Assembly: GCA_905178155.1 (NCBI GenBank) | Contig: CAJINV010000022.1 | Coordinates: 703,073-767,072, forward strand | Reading direction: 5' to 3' | From: Amoebophrya sp. A120 | Taxonomy: Eukaryota; Protista; Dinoflagellata | Length of the DNA: 64,000 nucleotides | Shown here: in pieces, positions 10,001 to 20,933 of the stretch | Layout of the letters: each line of letters starts with the position of its first letter | How positions within the stretch are numbered: the stretch's first letter is position 1 | Program-made: the position numbers and the translations under genes | Notes under the pieces: model-generated | Seen by the model: the letters and a program-made list of their open reading frames with translations, nothing else | The model's database searches: none | What the model was told of the DNA's origin: nothing

Positions 10001-12712
10001 ATCCGGGCACGGTTGCTTTTCCAACTGGCGACGCTGGCGTTGCTGCAGTGCGAACGAGCAAAGCTGGAGCTGCCGAACACCGCAATACCGTTGGCAGAAA
10101 CGTGTCTGGCGACGAGAGTCGCGAAATCTAGTTCCCACGCGGCGACCGCACGGTCCGACCCGGTGGTGGTGCAGGCGAGCCTGCTTATGAAATGCAAATA
10201 TGTCTGGGTCTGGAAGAGTCTTGCTGTTTTTGCATGACGCAGAAGGTCTGGCATGGAAGCTCTAGCGTCACAGGTTTCGAGAACCTTCCGCAATGCCGAA
10301 TCGGCATGACAGTCCTCTATTTTGCTGACAAAAAGTAGGAGCTTTTACTACGTATGCATGAGAGACTTTTCTGTGTTCTGAAATACGCATTACAAGTTGC
10401 ATTCTTCCAGACCCAGACACTTTTGCGTTTGATACTGCTGCTTGCGTTCGCGTTTGAGTATGACATACGCATTGCAAAAGTATCGTACTAAAGTACATAA
10501 TTGCATGAGCAATTTTATCTCCCAAATGAAAAATAAGATTTGTAAATGCGGATGTAAAAACTGCCCGTATAGAAAATGGAAATTTCTCCTGCATGCCGGT
10601 ACGATACTTTTGCAAAGAATACAGCAATATCAACTGTAAAAATGCCTGGGTCTGGAAGATTCTGAAACTTGTGATGCACGTCTTGCATGAGCCATGATGT
10701 CTATGATGCACGCGCTAGCATCACATATTTTTTGAGGGCATCTTGATGCCTATTCCGCATGACAAATGCCCTATCCTTGTAGCAAAAATTATACTCCTTT
10801 TATCTACTCATGCAATACAAATTTTTTTGGAGTCCAAATGCAGCATCACCAGTTGCATTCTTCCAGACCCAGACATTTTTGCAATCCATAAGCAAACAGT
10901 GGAAGCAGGCGGTGCAGATGTACGACGAAATTCTACTCGCAGCCAGTACCGCTTATGATCTGCAAAAGTATCGTACTCGTATAAATGCATTACAAATTTC
11001 CTCAGCATGAGAAATAAAATTTGTAATGCAGATTTGCCTCGGGAACGAGATTTGTAATGCAAGACCTGCATTTATACGAGTGCGATGCTTTTCCACAGGA
11101 TACCGCTAGGAAAGACGCGATCTCTACTGACGAAACGGTCGAATCCTCGAGGCGAACAAGTAGCAGAACAGCGCGACAAATTCTCGCGGCGACAAATTCT
11201 CAACAAGGCCAGTATTCCACGCTGTCCCCCGATTTCCCCGTGTCTACGACCGACTCCGCGGCATTGCTGGCGCTGGTTGGCTGTTACGACAGCGGAGACA
11301 GTTTAAACGCATTGCAGAAAATTCCAGAAACGGAGCTGTTCTCTTTCTCACCTACTGTGACTTCGTGGCAAGAACGAAGGCGAAACTCTTCACGGCGACC
11401 GGCGTTGGGGTTGCGACTGGCGGGTGTGCGACGCCGGGCACTGTTCTTGTACTTGAGGTTCCTCTTCTCGGACACGGAAAAAAAGCAGCTGATACGACAG
11501 TGAACAACTACTCCCCCTTGTTCCCCTCGTTTGTCATGCAACCCCCCAAGAAATCCGAGCGCTTCCCTGTCCCTGTGGGACTGTTTGCATGACAGATTCC
11601 GGAAGCCCAAGCAGTTGCAGTACCACTTAGACTAGGCGCATGAATTTGTCATGCACAGGCACCGTATGTGTTGGTGTTTGTATTGCTGCTTATGCAAAAA
11701 TACAAATGAGGGGGAGGGGCAGAAGTTGCGCACCCTCATAGCTGATGAAGACGGTCGCGAAACTCTACCGCCGGTACAAAATGAAAAATCTGGCGAAGAC
11801 CACTACCCACTGCAAAAGCTGTAGCGATTCGTGCCAATCGCAATTACGCATGACAAGTTCACTTTGTTAGCTGAATTTAGGAAGGTAAATTTCCTTTCTA
11901 TTTCTCACAAAATCACTGCGTACCGGCCTCAAATTTATTTGTGATGCGATCTATTCAAGAATTACCATTAGCACGGTGCTTTTGCAATGCATATCTATTG
12001 GGCTTTCCCACACTGCCACCTCCCATTTCGACGTCACCGTGCCCACGTTGGTGCATTTTCTTGAATCCTTCCCGAAAATTCCCGATTTGACGACCACGGT
12101 GGCTGGATCTTCGAGAGACCAGGATGGAGATCCTGCTGATGCGGATGACGTTCTACCTGCCGACCATGCGTCTTCCACCCTGGAAATCGGGATTCTAAGA
12201 CACCCGGTATTCGAGACCGCGTTCACCGCCGGGCACGGGACGCGATTTCTCATGCAAGAAGTCCTACGCTGGCACGAAAACCAATTTGGGGAAGAGCGGC
12301 TGCGACGGGTGGTATGCGTTGCAAATTATATGTCGGGGTCTGGAAGGATCAGAATAGTGCACATGTGTCATGCGCCCTGTGCGTCACACGAAAATTTGTA
12401 TTGCACGACTAGCTAAAGCTGTCCATTTTACTTCTTGGCCAAGCCAAAATAACGACTCTCATGCAGCATAGGCAGTGCAAGGGCCTTGCAGATCATCAAC
12501 CTGTGATGCTAGGTCCTGCATTTCAGCCTTTTCCTTCCATGGAGCATCGAAATAAACCTGCATGACATACTCCTTCATTCTTGCAGAACACCTGACATAA
12601 TTGCATCTGATAAATGGAAGCGGATGACGATTTCCTTTTGATTCATGTGTTGCAGTGGACGTGTCGCAAAGCCTCGGGCCTGGTGCCGGAGAGCGTGGTG
12701 GAGATCCAGTAG
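4087..12712 (+). CDS. CLU (clustered mitochondria / eIF3-p135-like) domain protein split by at least 18 introner introns; 5' end unresolved (may start ~3900)
   Basis: Removing each element plus 5 nt joins one frame: EARRRYGHEVK...LFPRD...LWDRLRPEL...LTRFLHARGVNCRYIGQL...LLTVEAVARTCKKILR, matching CLU/CLU-central motifs from memory. Stop TAG at 12710-12712. Junctions at 11500-11995 not resolved. Confidence 0.75.
4370..4578. mobile_element. Introner family B
   Basis: TIR tatcgcaagaaaaaacagtttcactgta; TSD AAGGA/AAGGA; frame restored. Confidence 0.92.
4646..4911. mobile_element. Introner family A
   Basis: TIR tatcaaatgcaaaaatgtctgggtctggaa; TSD TCCTT/TCCTT; frame restored. Confidence 0.95.
5145..5353. 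mobile_element. Introner family B
   Basis: B-type TIR; TSD GCGGA/GTGGA; frame restored. Confidence 0.9.
5433..5695. mobile_element. Introner family A, opposite orientation to the 4646 copy
   Basis: A-type TIR; TSD AAGTT/AAGTT; frame restored. Confidence 0.95.
5969..6129. mobile_element. Introner family C
   Basis: Ends tatgaactgcaaaagtat / atactgttgcgcaggata; TSD ACAGC/ACAGC; frame restored. Confidence 0.9.
6282..6559. mobile_element. Introner family D
   Basis: TIR tatcctgtgcaaaaacatccccacaccagag; TSD AGCTT/AGCTT; frame restored. Confidence 0.92.
6588..6850. mobile_element. Introner family A
   Basis: TSD GAGTC/GAGTC; very similar to the 5433 copy; frame restored. Confidence 0.95.
7032..7296. 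mobile_element. Introner family A
   Basis: TSD GAAAC/AAAAC; frame restored. Confidence 0.92.
7373..7687. mobile_element. Introner family E
   Basis: TIR tatcaaagtgaaaaatccccccaccccata; TSD CAATA/CAATA; frame restored. Confidence 0.94.
7747..8067. mobile_element. Introner family E
   Basis: TSD CCGTA/CCGTA; frame restored. Confidence 0.93.
8256..8419. mobile_element. Introner family C, opposite orientation to the 5969 copy
   Basis: C-type ends; TSD TGGAT/TCGTT; frame restored. Confidence 0.8.
8465..8659. mobile_element. Degenerate introner, C-like
   Basis: Left end tatcctgtgcaaaa; right end ttttgccatgcatg; TSD GACGC/AACGA; frame restored. Confidence 0.65.
8950..9231. mobile_element. Degenerate introner family A
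   Basis: A-type ends; TSD CGGCT/CGGGC; frame restored. Confidence 0.8.
10186..10434. mobile_element. Introner family A
   Basis: TSD CTGCT/CTGCT; frame restored. Confidence 0.93.
10466..10621. mobile_element. Introner family C (TAC start)
   Basis: tacgcattgcaaaagtatcgtac / gtacgatacttttgcaaagaata; TSD diverged (TGACA/CAGCA); frame restored. Confidence 0.75.
10628..10890. mobile_element. Introner family A
   Basis: TSD AGCAA/AGCAA; only 6 nt from the previous element. Confidence 0.92.
10954..11102. mobile_element. Introner family C
   Basis: TSD CCGCT/CCGCT; frame restored. Confidence 0.92.
11804..11993. mobile_element. Highly degenerate introner, C-like
   Basis: tacccactgcaaaagc / gcttttgcaatgcata; internal motif present; no TSD; frame not restored by the simple rule. 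Confidence 0.5.
12313..12612. mobile_element. Degenerate introner family A
   Basis: TSD GGTGG/AATGG; frame restored to the terminal exon. Confidence 0.8.
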
Positions 12713-13275
12713 GAAAAGTACGTACACGTGTTGCAAATGCGATTGGTATTGCATACCACGAGACCTGCAGATGCGACGCAGCTGGACAAACATTTCCAAA
12801 TAAAGGAAGGACGCAAGAAGAAGAACCACTGCGAAAAAATAATCACTGCAGAAGCAATGACAAAACGAAGCGCTAAACAATAAGAACCTAAATATAGATT
12901 CAACAAGATCGGCATTTGATTAATATTTGTAGCCGTTTGTCTTTGTCCAAGCACAGATGTAAAACGAAGAAATAACTTGTCTGAAGAGCAATTCAACGAA
13001 CGTGTAAACACTCCAAGTAGCGAAGATATTGGCACCGAAATGATAAACTGAAGAAAATTACGAGATGAACCGAAAACAAAATGAAGTGCGTGTGCGTCAT
13101 TATTACCTAGTAACCGTAGCGAAATCCTTAATATGACAAGAGCAGCAAGTATAATTTTCTATAGTTCGGTAGATTCACATGATCCCCGAAGTGAGGGTGG
13201 GTGGAAGTTCCATACGTGGTGGTAGAAGAGTCGTCGTGTTCATCCGAATTGCAACTTGTGTGTGACGAAGACTGG

Positions 13276-13535
13276 TATCAGCTGCAAGTATGTCTGGGTC
13301 AACATCTGGAAGAGTTGTGCAGAAGTTTGTCATGCAGCTCGTTCGCAACCCATGAGACTGAGGTCTGAAATGAAGGACCTAGCATGACAGATTTTCTCCA
13401 TGGTTAACAAAAGAAGTGGGCCCCCTGCTCTTTTGGGAATCATACAAACGAGATTTTTATGCGCCGCCCTTCAGAATGCTACAAAAGTTTGCACTTTTCT
13501 TCCAGACGTCGGAGGCAACATATTTGCAATCCATA
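13276..13535. mobile_element. Degenerate family A element
   Basis: A-type ends with small insertions; no clear TSD; host gene not identified. Confidence 0.65.
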
Positions 13536-13979
13536 CGGGCATTCTGCTTCCTTCCGGCCGTTTTTTCCCCGCTTTGTTTGTTTGTTGTGGACGAAGACAA
13601 GCTGCTAAATAAAATGGTAAATGTGGATTGGTAAAGTTCCAACTCGTTCCAACTCTCTTCTTTTTTATCATCTACAGCATGATGTTATGTCTATGACCAC
13701 AAAGAAAATTGTTCCAGCGAAAATGATTTAGTGACAAGGTAAGATGACCTCCTTCTTGGTTCTTCGCTGTGAAACCACGACAAACACGATGCCTGTCCCA
13801 AGGCCCGCAGCGTCACTGGTCAAGATGGTGAAACAAGCGTCGTGAGCACCAGCACCGGTTCCGAAAACGATTAACGGCAACGGCCGAAACCGTTAGAAAT
13901 TCACGCTGGTACGACGGGAACCTGCGGCAGTTCTCCAAGGACTAAAATCCTCCCGACGCCATCCAAATCAAAAACGGCC

Positions 13980-14131
13980 TATCCTGTGCAAAAGTTTCGT
14001 ACTCGTATTGCAGTCATGCATTTACAAATCCTTTTCTCAAGGTAAATCCGCATTACAAATTTTATTATTATTTCTCATGCTGAGGAAATTTGTAATGCAT
14101 TTATACGAATACGATACTTTTGCAGTTGATA
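13980..14131. mobile_element. Family C element, possibly in a 5' UTR
   Basis: TSD CGGCC/CGACC. Confidence 0.88.
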
Positions 14132-14152
14132 CGACCCCAACGGCGACCAAAC

Positions 14153-16611
14153 ATGTTGCGGTTTCTCAAGGGCCTTTCCGGAGAGCCGGAGTACGTGCCT
14201 CTGCCAGCGGACTTCCAGCCCGTTACCTACACGAAAGACGAACAAAATCCTGGATCAGGTGAAATTTCTTTTTCAAAGTAGCACAATTTGTCTTGCATAA
14301 AATTTGTGATTCTTGTTTTGCATCATGACTCTGTCCTTGCATATCCTATTTTCAAGTGCTCCATGTGTGTTGCGTACCTGGGAAAAAAGATCAGCTGGCG
14401 CTCTGAATTGTACGAAAAAGCGCACTTTTGCAAGTTGTGCTCCGACATGCGTTGAGAAACCTCTCTTTTGGCTACCACAAATTCCAGGCGGACAAACGAG
14501 CGTATCGATGACGGTCAACACGTTCAAAGCGCTTCTCCTGCTGCACTTCCCGAAACGAGTCGCACCTGCTATGGACTGCAAAAGTATCGTACTCGTATAA
14601 ATGCAAATCTTGCATATGCATTGCAAATCTTTTATACTAAGGCAAATCCGCATGACAAATTCCATTTCTTATGCTAAGGAAATTTGTACTGCGCTTAATA
14701 CTAGTACGATACTTTTGCATTGCATACCTGCTTCTCTGCTACAAGTCTTACGGATCACCGAGGCCACGACCCCACCACAAGCCTCGCCAAGTTCTGGCAG
14801 CGGAGACCGTATCAGACGGAAAAATCCCCCCTCCCCACATCGAAAGGGAAGTCTGTGATGCTGTATTTGCGTACACAAATCAGCTTTGTCTTGCAGTAGA
14901 GCACTGCAGGCAGAAACAAAGCCCGCAAAGGGGTGGCTTGAGGTAGTCACTTAGCATGGCAGATGTCTGCCCCGTTGGCGCAGCAGCATTACAAATCGCC
15001 TGCGAAATGCGGCGGAAGCTCTGGCTTCGCTCTCTTGCAAGACAGACTCGATTTGTGGCCACAAATCAGCATCGCAAATTTTGAAAAGCGCGCCTCTTCG
15101 ATATGGGGAGGGGGGATTTTTGCTCACAATAGACCGGTCGAGCTTGCTAGAGGAGGGAGATTCGCTGCTACACAGTTCGCAAGGTGGCAGCCCGCAGAAT
15201 ATCGATGACAAAATTTGATGGTCGAGGCAGGTTTGTCATGCGTCGTGTTTACCTTATTTATTCCAAGCATTACACGATTCTTTTACTGGAGTTGTTGTAG
15301 CTGCAACACGACAAATTTGCTTTTGTCTTGTCGGATTCATTAGGGTAACTACATTGTAAACACGCATGACAAGCTTGGCCACGAACCCACAAATTTTCGC
15401 AACGATCGGACAAGCACGGAGTTTCGGCAGCAGTCCGCGGACCCCAGTATCAAAATGAAAAATTTCCCCTCCCCATACTGAAAAGACATACTTCTAAAGA
15501 TTTGTGATGCTGATTTGCGAACGCAAATCGTCTCTGTATTGCGAGAAGGCAAAGCCAGAGACTCCGCCAGGTTTTGCGGGAAATTTGTAATGCTGTATGG
15601 CGTGCAGAGGATAAGTCTCCCTTGCAACCAGGCGCCAACAACAAAAAGGCCCAGCCCGGGCATGGCATCTGCATGCAGTCCTCTACGGCAAGAAAATGCT
15701 GACTTGTGTACACAAGTCCTGCATCACAGACTTCCAATTTGATATGGGGAGGGGGGATTTTTCATTTTGATACCCAGCAGCTGTTGTTTCGGAAGAACTT
15801 CTAGAAGAGTATCGGACGGAAACTATTTTCAATCTCAGTATGGTACTATCAGGGGCTGATTTTTCCTTCAAAATGCAAAGAAAGAAAGTGAAACACAGTT
15901 CCACTATTTTGAATTCGAAACATCGAAAATTCAAATTATTATTATATGACTGCTCACGCATGACAAATAAGTACTGAGTCGAGGTTTCCGTGCGATAAAC
16001 CTGGCGAAGAAATGATCGACTTTGTGCTCCTTCCAACACCGACTACCGCTTCTGCAGCTCATGCTCCAAGCTGCTCGAAACCGTCTGCCGCCTCTGCAGA
16101 AGCGAGAACTACGGCAACCTCACCAGAAGCGGAGTGTAGCACCGCTATCGCCGATATATCCAGCGCAAACGTATTGTAGCCACGTCACTTGCAAAAGCAT
16201 TATCGCACGACCACGCTTTTTCGTTTTTTACGTCCAGGATCATAACAAGTTTTTCGGTTTTACCATTGTTATGGTCCTGCGAAGACTCATACTGGTACCG
16301 TAGCCGTATTTACAAGTAGTACTATAAATACTTTTGCAATTGCATAGCACCAGGAGACCAGCAAGACCACGACAGCCAGTTTTTCATCCGAGAGTGCAAC
16401 AGAACACAAGCAGGTACCACAGCCCGCGTCGAGCAAGTCATCTGTTAACACCCTGAAAAGTGAGGCCGCGACAACGGTGCAATCTGCTGAAAACTCCGCT
16501 GACTTAGTTCTAGTCCCAGCGTCGGCGGCTGCGGTCCCACCCGGCTTTCCAACGGGAGTCTCACCTGGCGCGGCAAAAACAAAGGACGACGATAGGCCAA
16601 CCGATAACTAA
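14153..16611 (+). CDS. Hypothetical multi-exon protein
   Basis: Exons such as MLRFLKGLSGEPEY... and ...FKALLLLHFPKRVAPASLLQVLR...GDRSSLLEEG join in frame across elements; ends TAA 16609-16611; several junctions unresolved. Confidence 0.4.
14570..14726. mobile_element. Introner family C
   Basis: TSD CCTGC/CCTGC. Confidence 0.9.
14810..15131. mobile_element. Introner family E
   Basis: TSD GACCG/GACCG. Confidence 0.92.
15448..15772. mobile_element. Introner family E
   Basis: TSD CCCAG/CCCAG. Confidence 0.93.
16157..16346. mobile_element. Highly degenerate C-like element
   Basis: tatccagcgcaaacgtatt / aatacttttgcaattgcata; no TSD. Confidence 0.45.
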
Positions 16612-16782
16612 GAAAATGAACGAGTAGGTGGCAAGAGCTGCCTCAGCATCGATTTGTTCTTGTCACTGACTGTATGGCATAGATATCTTTGCATACAACT
16701 CGATCCTTTTCCTTTTCGTAAAGCCTGATATACTGTCTGACTCTGGTAAAACTGCTCGCAGTGGTCTGTAAAGTACAAATCG

Positions 16783-17960
16783 ATGACATTGCAATTGCAT
16801 ACGACGAAGGTGGCGACGGTTCGGGTGGTGGAGCAGAGCGTCGGACCCGGGTTCTTTCCAGATGCGTCTCCTGCTACAGGTTACAACCTGAAACCAGGTG
16901 ACTTCCTACCCCTGATGTCCGAAAAGTTTGATCTCGACGATGAAGATGCCTATGAGGATTTTCTTTTGCTGTTCCAAGACCACCTTGCCCGCTTGCCGGA
17001 ATGGCTCTACGTCGAACAGTTTCGCGAACACCTGCTCTACCGCACCGACAGCAGCATAAGAAGGGTTGCTTATGGTTTTCTGTGTGTCAACAGTAATACA
17101 GGAAAATTTGACGCTGAGGCGCTCATTCCATACACAGTCGCGCGGATAACAGCATGGGAAGAGAGCTTCGACCTCGTGCCGGAGTTATATCGGGAAAGGA
17201 GGCCACTCTGGGCGAAAATCTACGAAGCAACCGAAGCGGTTCTGCGCGTGCTCAGCCATTGCCCGGAGGCCAGACGACGCGACGAAGCTGCCCGATCGTG
17301 CCCGAGTGGCCGGTGTGAACACTTTCACAACACAGATGGCAGTATTGACCCGGAGCGACTGCAGATAATGCAGGGAAAGTGGCAGTTGATGATGCAACTG
17401 CTTCTCCTGTCTCCGTCTGTTACTGGTTTTTGGCGCAGAGGGTTTTATAGGTGGGGCATAGGAGCACACCAACGACGATTCCTGTCTTTACCAGACATAG
17501 TCATGAGACAGCTGGGCGGTCCGGATGGATATCAAATATAGAAGAGTACACCAATACGTTTTTTGCCATGAGAGGTCTCGATGCAAAGCTGCGCTGCATT
17601 GCTCAACACAGAAGAGAGGGTCGTTTTATTGATCACTGAAAACACACCAGCACGTAACCACAATTCACAGTGCCGACATGGTTGTATTGGTTTGCTTCAA
17701 TGCGTGATGATGAAGTACTGGGGAACATATTGCCGAATTTTGAAGATCGTCACACGTGGCATCGCACCTACTACCTGTTTGAAACGGACTTGGCCGAAAT
17801 GTTGCGTATTGCTGACGACCACCAGTCCGAAGACGAGCGGGAAAGAGCTATCCTGGACGAATGCGAGAGGATTCTCGCTGCCGGAGGGCACTGTATCAGA
17901 TTTCTGAAAAAAAACCTTTGTGCATCCCGTGGCGGACAGTCACATGAACCAAGCCACTAG
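16783..17960 (+). CDS. Hypothetical protein, probably two exons
   Basis: 252-aa ORF 16783-17541 followed by protein-like ORF 17670-17960; no family recognised. Confidence 0.5.
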
Positions 17961-18070
17961 ACGCGATCCGCTTCGTCAGGCGCGCAGTGCTCCTGCTTGT
18001 CCACCTTGTGTATTTTTTCCCATTAAAGGCGGCAAACTGGGGATTAAGTTCCTTGCATTTGTTGGCAAGG

Positions 18071-18325
18071 TATCAACTGCAAAAATGTCTGGGTCTGGAA
18101 ACTTGTGATGCAAGTGAGGGAAAAAAATGCGCATACTGTAATGCACTGGCAAGCATGACAAGTTTTTCCGTGGTTCAAAGTTGCGTACTCCGCATGAGAA
18201 ACTGCGTTTTTGCATGACAGGCAAGAGAAGCCCTGCGCGGCCACGCAATACAGAGCTCAGAGTCATGCCGGACTAGCATGACAAATCCCGGAATCTTCCA
18301 GACCCAGACATTTTTGCGTTTGATA
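18071..18325. mobile_element. Family A element, intergenic or UTR
   Basis: TSD CAAGG/CAATG. Confidence 0.92.
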
Positions 18326-18437
18326 CAATGGAAGTTGGCCGCTGACTTCTTGCACCCCTAATGCCACGAATTTTCAGCGCGGTGTGTGTTCTCATGGAAA
18401 CAGCCTGAAGGGATTACGCGCAAAAGCTTTTGACTAG

Positions 18438-20267
18438 ATGATACTTCATCCAAACTACCAACCTGCTTCTCCGGTTCAGACAAGCGATCAAGAGCAGAGC
18501 AGCGCTGACGCACCAGATACCGACGTGGGAAAAGGCCGATGGGTGTTACGGTCTACGCGCTGTTGGACCGAGAGGACCTTCGCAGCAGACGGGCAAGGAG
18601 CAGCATCTTCCCGCGGACTGATGATTTGGACCCCAAAAGACCGTCACTTTTACTTTCCTTCGCAGGCAGGCAACAGTTGTGAATTCCTAGACCCTCAGTA
18701 CATTCTGCAGCGGTGGTTTATTTTTGAGGCAGAAGACAGAACTGCTTGCGCATTTCCCTGGGCGGTGTTTTTTCGAGTAGCACGAGCGTTCAGACTGCAA
18801 CTACACCACTGGGAGTTCCCCCTCTTTCCACGGACACTAGCACCGGTAGCCACCCCGTTCCGAATGGCCATGTTCCCACCACCTCAGTGGGCCCCATGGG
18901 GGAGAATTACCAACGCGGACGTGCCTCTCGGGTGTGCGGTTCCAGCTGGATTGGTTCCTCGCATCTTGGGATTCCTGCCCTGGCGGTTCTTCTCGAAGAG
19001 AAGCGAATACGAGCACCCATTCTCATTCAGCGACAAACGTGATGACAATGTGCGCAATTGGTCCTACCGCGATAATATTTTGCCGCTGCCTGAGTACCAG
19101 CGCGGAGTGTTTTTCGAACCGGTACCGGAAAGATCTGGAGAAGAAAATAATTGTCCGCCGAAAATAATCAACGTCAACCGAATCCTAGTTGCCTTGTTTG
19201 ACTTGATTACTACCCCCGCACCCGGATGTGACGCCGCATGCAGGACTGAAGAAGCCGGCATTGCTTTTCCATGTAAAGCAGCGGACCAACAGTCCCATGC
19301 CCAACGTCCGCCATTAGCATCTACTGCAGCACGGTGGATAAACAAGCACTCGCTCAACACCGTGAGCGTGAATTCGCTTGTAGATCTTGACCACGTCTTC
19401 TTCCCACGAACAGCGGGACAAACGTACACGGAAGAAGTGCGCCGCCTCCGGCGCGAAGCTCCTGTACATCACAGGTCGGCACTTGCTGATGACGATGACT
19501 ACCTCCGCAGAATCGGCGAAACATATGCCTTCGAAAAGCTATTTGAGCAGTACACCACCGTCAAAGCTTCTGCTGGGAAAGGCGACACGCAGGTGCTATT
19601 CGAAGTGTGTGACTTCTTCGCGCCGTCGTGGCCCGACGAGCTTCACAAGCTCATTGCGCTGTACAACTCCTGCAAGGAGCGGAACCAACCGCGCGAGAAT
19701 GACGATCCCCCCGACGGTGACGAAAACGTATCGCGAATGGGAACTGACTACATTCATTACCCTGAGCCCTCGTCCTGTAGTGCCGAGCCTGTCACAGCGC
19801 CAACACTAAGAACTCGAGGAAAACCGCTTCCAGTCATTGACAAATCAGCCCAGACCAACACCCGCGACGCCCGGCGCATGCTCTTCATCTGGCGGCACCA
19901 CCTGCAGCTGCTGAAGCCGAACGCGTGGACGATGTTGGATGTCGAGTTTTCCACCTTGCTCGCGCACGGCCGCTACGACTATCCTCTGCAAAATAAGTAT
20001 CGTACTCCTACCCGTATTGCAGTCATGCATTACAAATCTTTTACTTTTTCTTGAGGTAGTTCAGCATTACAAATTTTATTTCGCATGCTGAGGAAATTTG
20101 TAATGCATTTATTTTTATACGAGTACTACGATACTTTTGCAATGCATAACAGCGACTGCAGGGCAATTCTGGAAAAACAACGGGAAATCATGGCGAAGTA
20201 CCGAGGTGCTGCCGGGTCTGGCGTTGCGGGTCGGGCAAAGGTCAGTGCGTCTCCGCCGACGGCCTGA
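18438..20267 (+). CDS. Hypothetical protein (~550 aa) with one introner
   Basis: Long ORF; removing 19980-20148 plus 5 nt joins the terminal exon DCRAILEKQREIMAK...PPTA*. Confidence 0.65.
19980..20148. mobile_element. Introner family C
   Basis: TSD ACGAC/ACAGC; frame restored. Confidence 0.85.
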
Positions 20268-20933
20268 CCCTGGGACTTGGCGGGGGACACAAGATCGCGC
20301 CGTAGAAGCGGTTAACGCTGGGATGAGGCGGAAGGTTTGCAGCAGAGCCGTCTTTTATGATTCGATAGCACGGTGTGGAAAACACAATGTTGAAGAGGTC
20401 GTTGATCATAGCTACGTGACGGGCCCCTGAGTTACATCGCATTCGCAAGGAGGTTTCGGCAAAATTATTTTCTCTCCAAGTAGCAAGAAAAGGAATAGGA
20501 GAACGGAACAACGAAAAAATACAGCGCTGGTGAGTAAACCTCCGCGAGGGGAGCACAGCCTCGTCAAATCACGAATTGAAGTGACTGCAGGATGCAAACG
20601 TCGCGTTCTTTTTCTTCCAGCTGCAAATTTTTGGTCAGCAATTCTGGTTGACTAGTTTTCGTCTCGGTTTCGTTGCGTTATGAGGCAGCCCGGCCCTGAC
20701 CGTGCCACACCAGTAGAGGCAACGACGATTTCATTCATTCGATAAATTGTGCAGTAAGTACCTTTCATTCAGTCGAAACATTTAGTGGCGAAATCGGAAT
20801 TGAGTGAAAATGTGTATGTGATGTTGTTCTTTTACATCGTGGCCCGTTTGGTGTAATATTTCGATCTTTCCCTCCGCCACTGATAACTTGTATATATTAT
20901 CTTTGGCCTACTAGTGTAAACTTGTGTGAAAAG

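Noticed and set aside
16297-16312. ccgtagcc resembling the dinoflagellate spliced leader
   Set aside because: Only 8 nt match and it lies within a decayed element.
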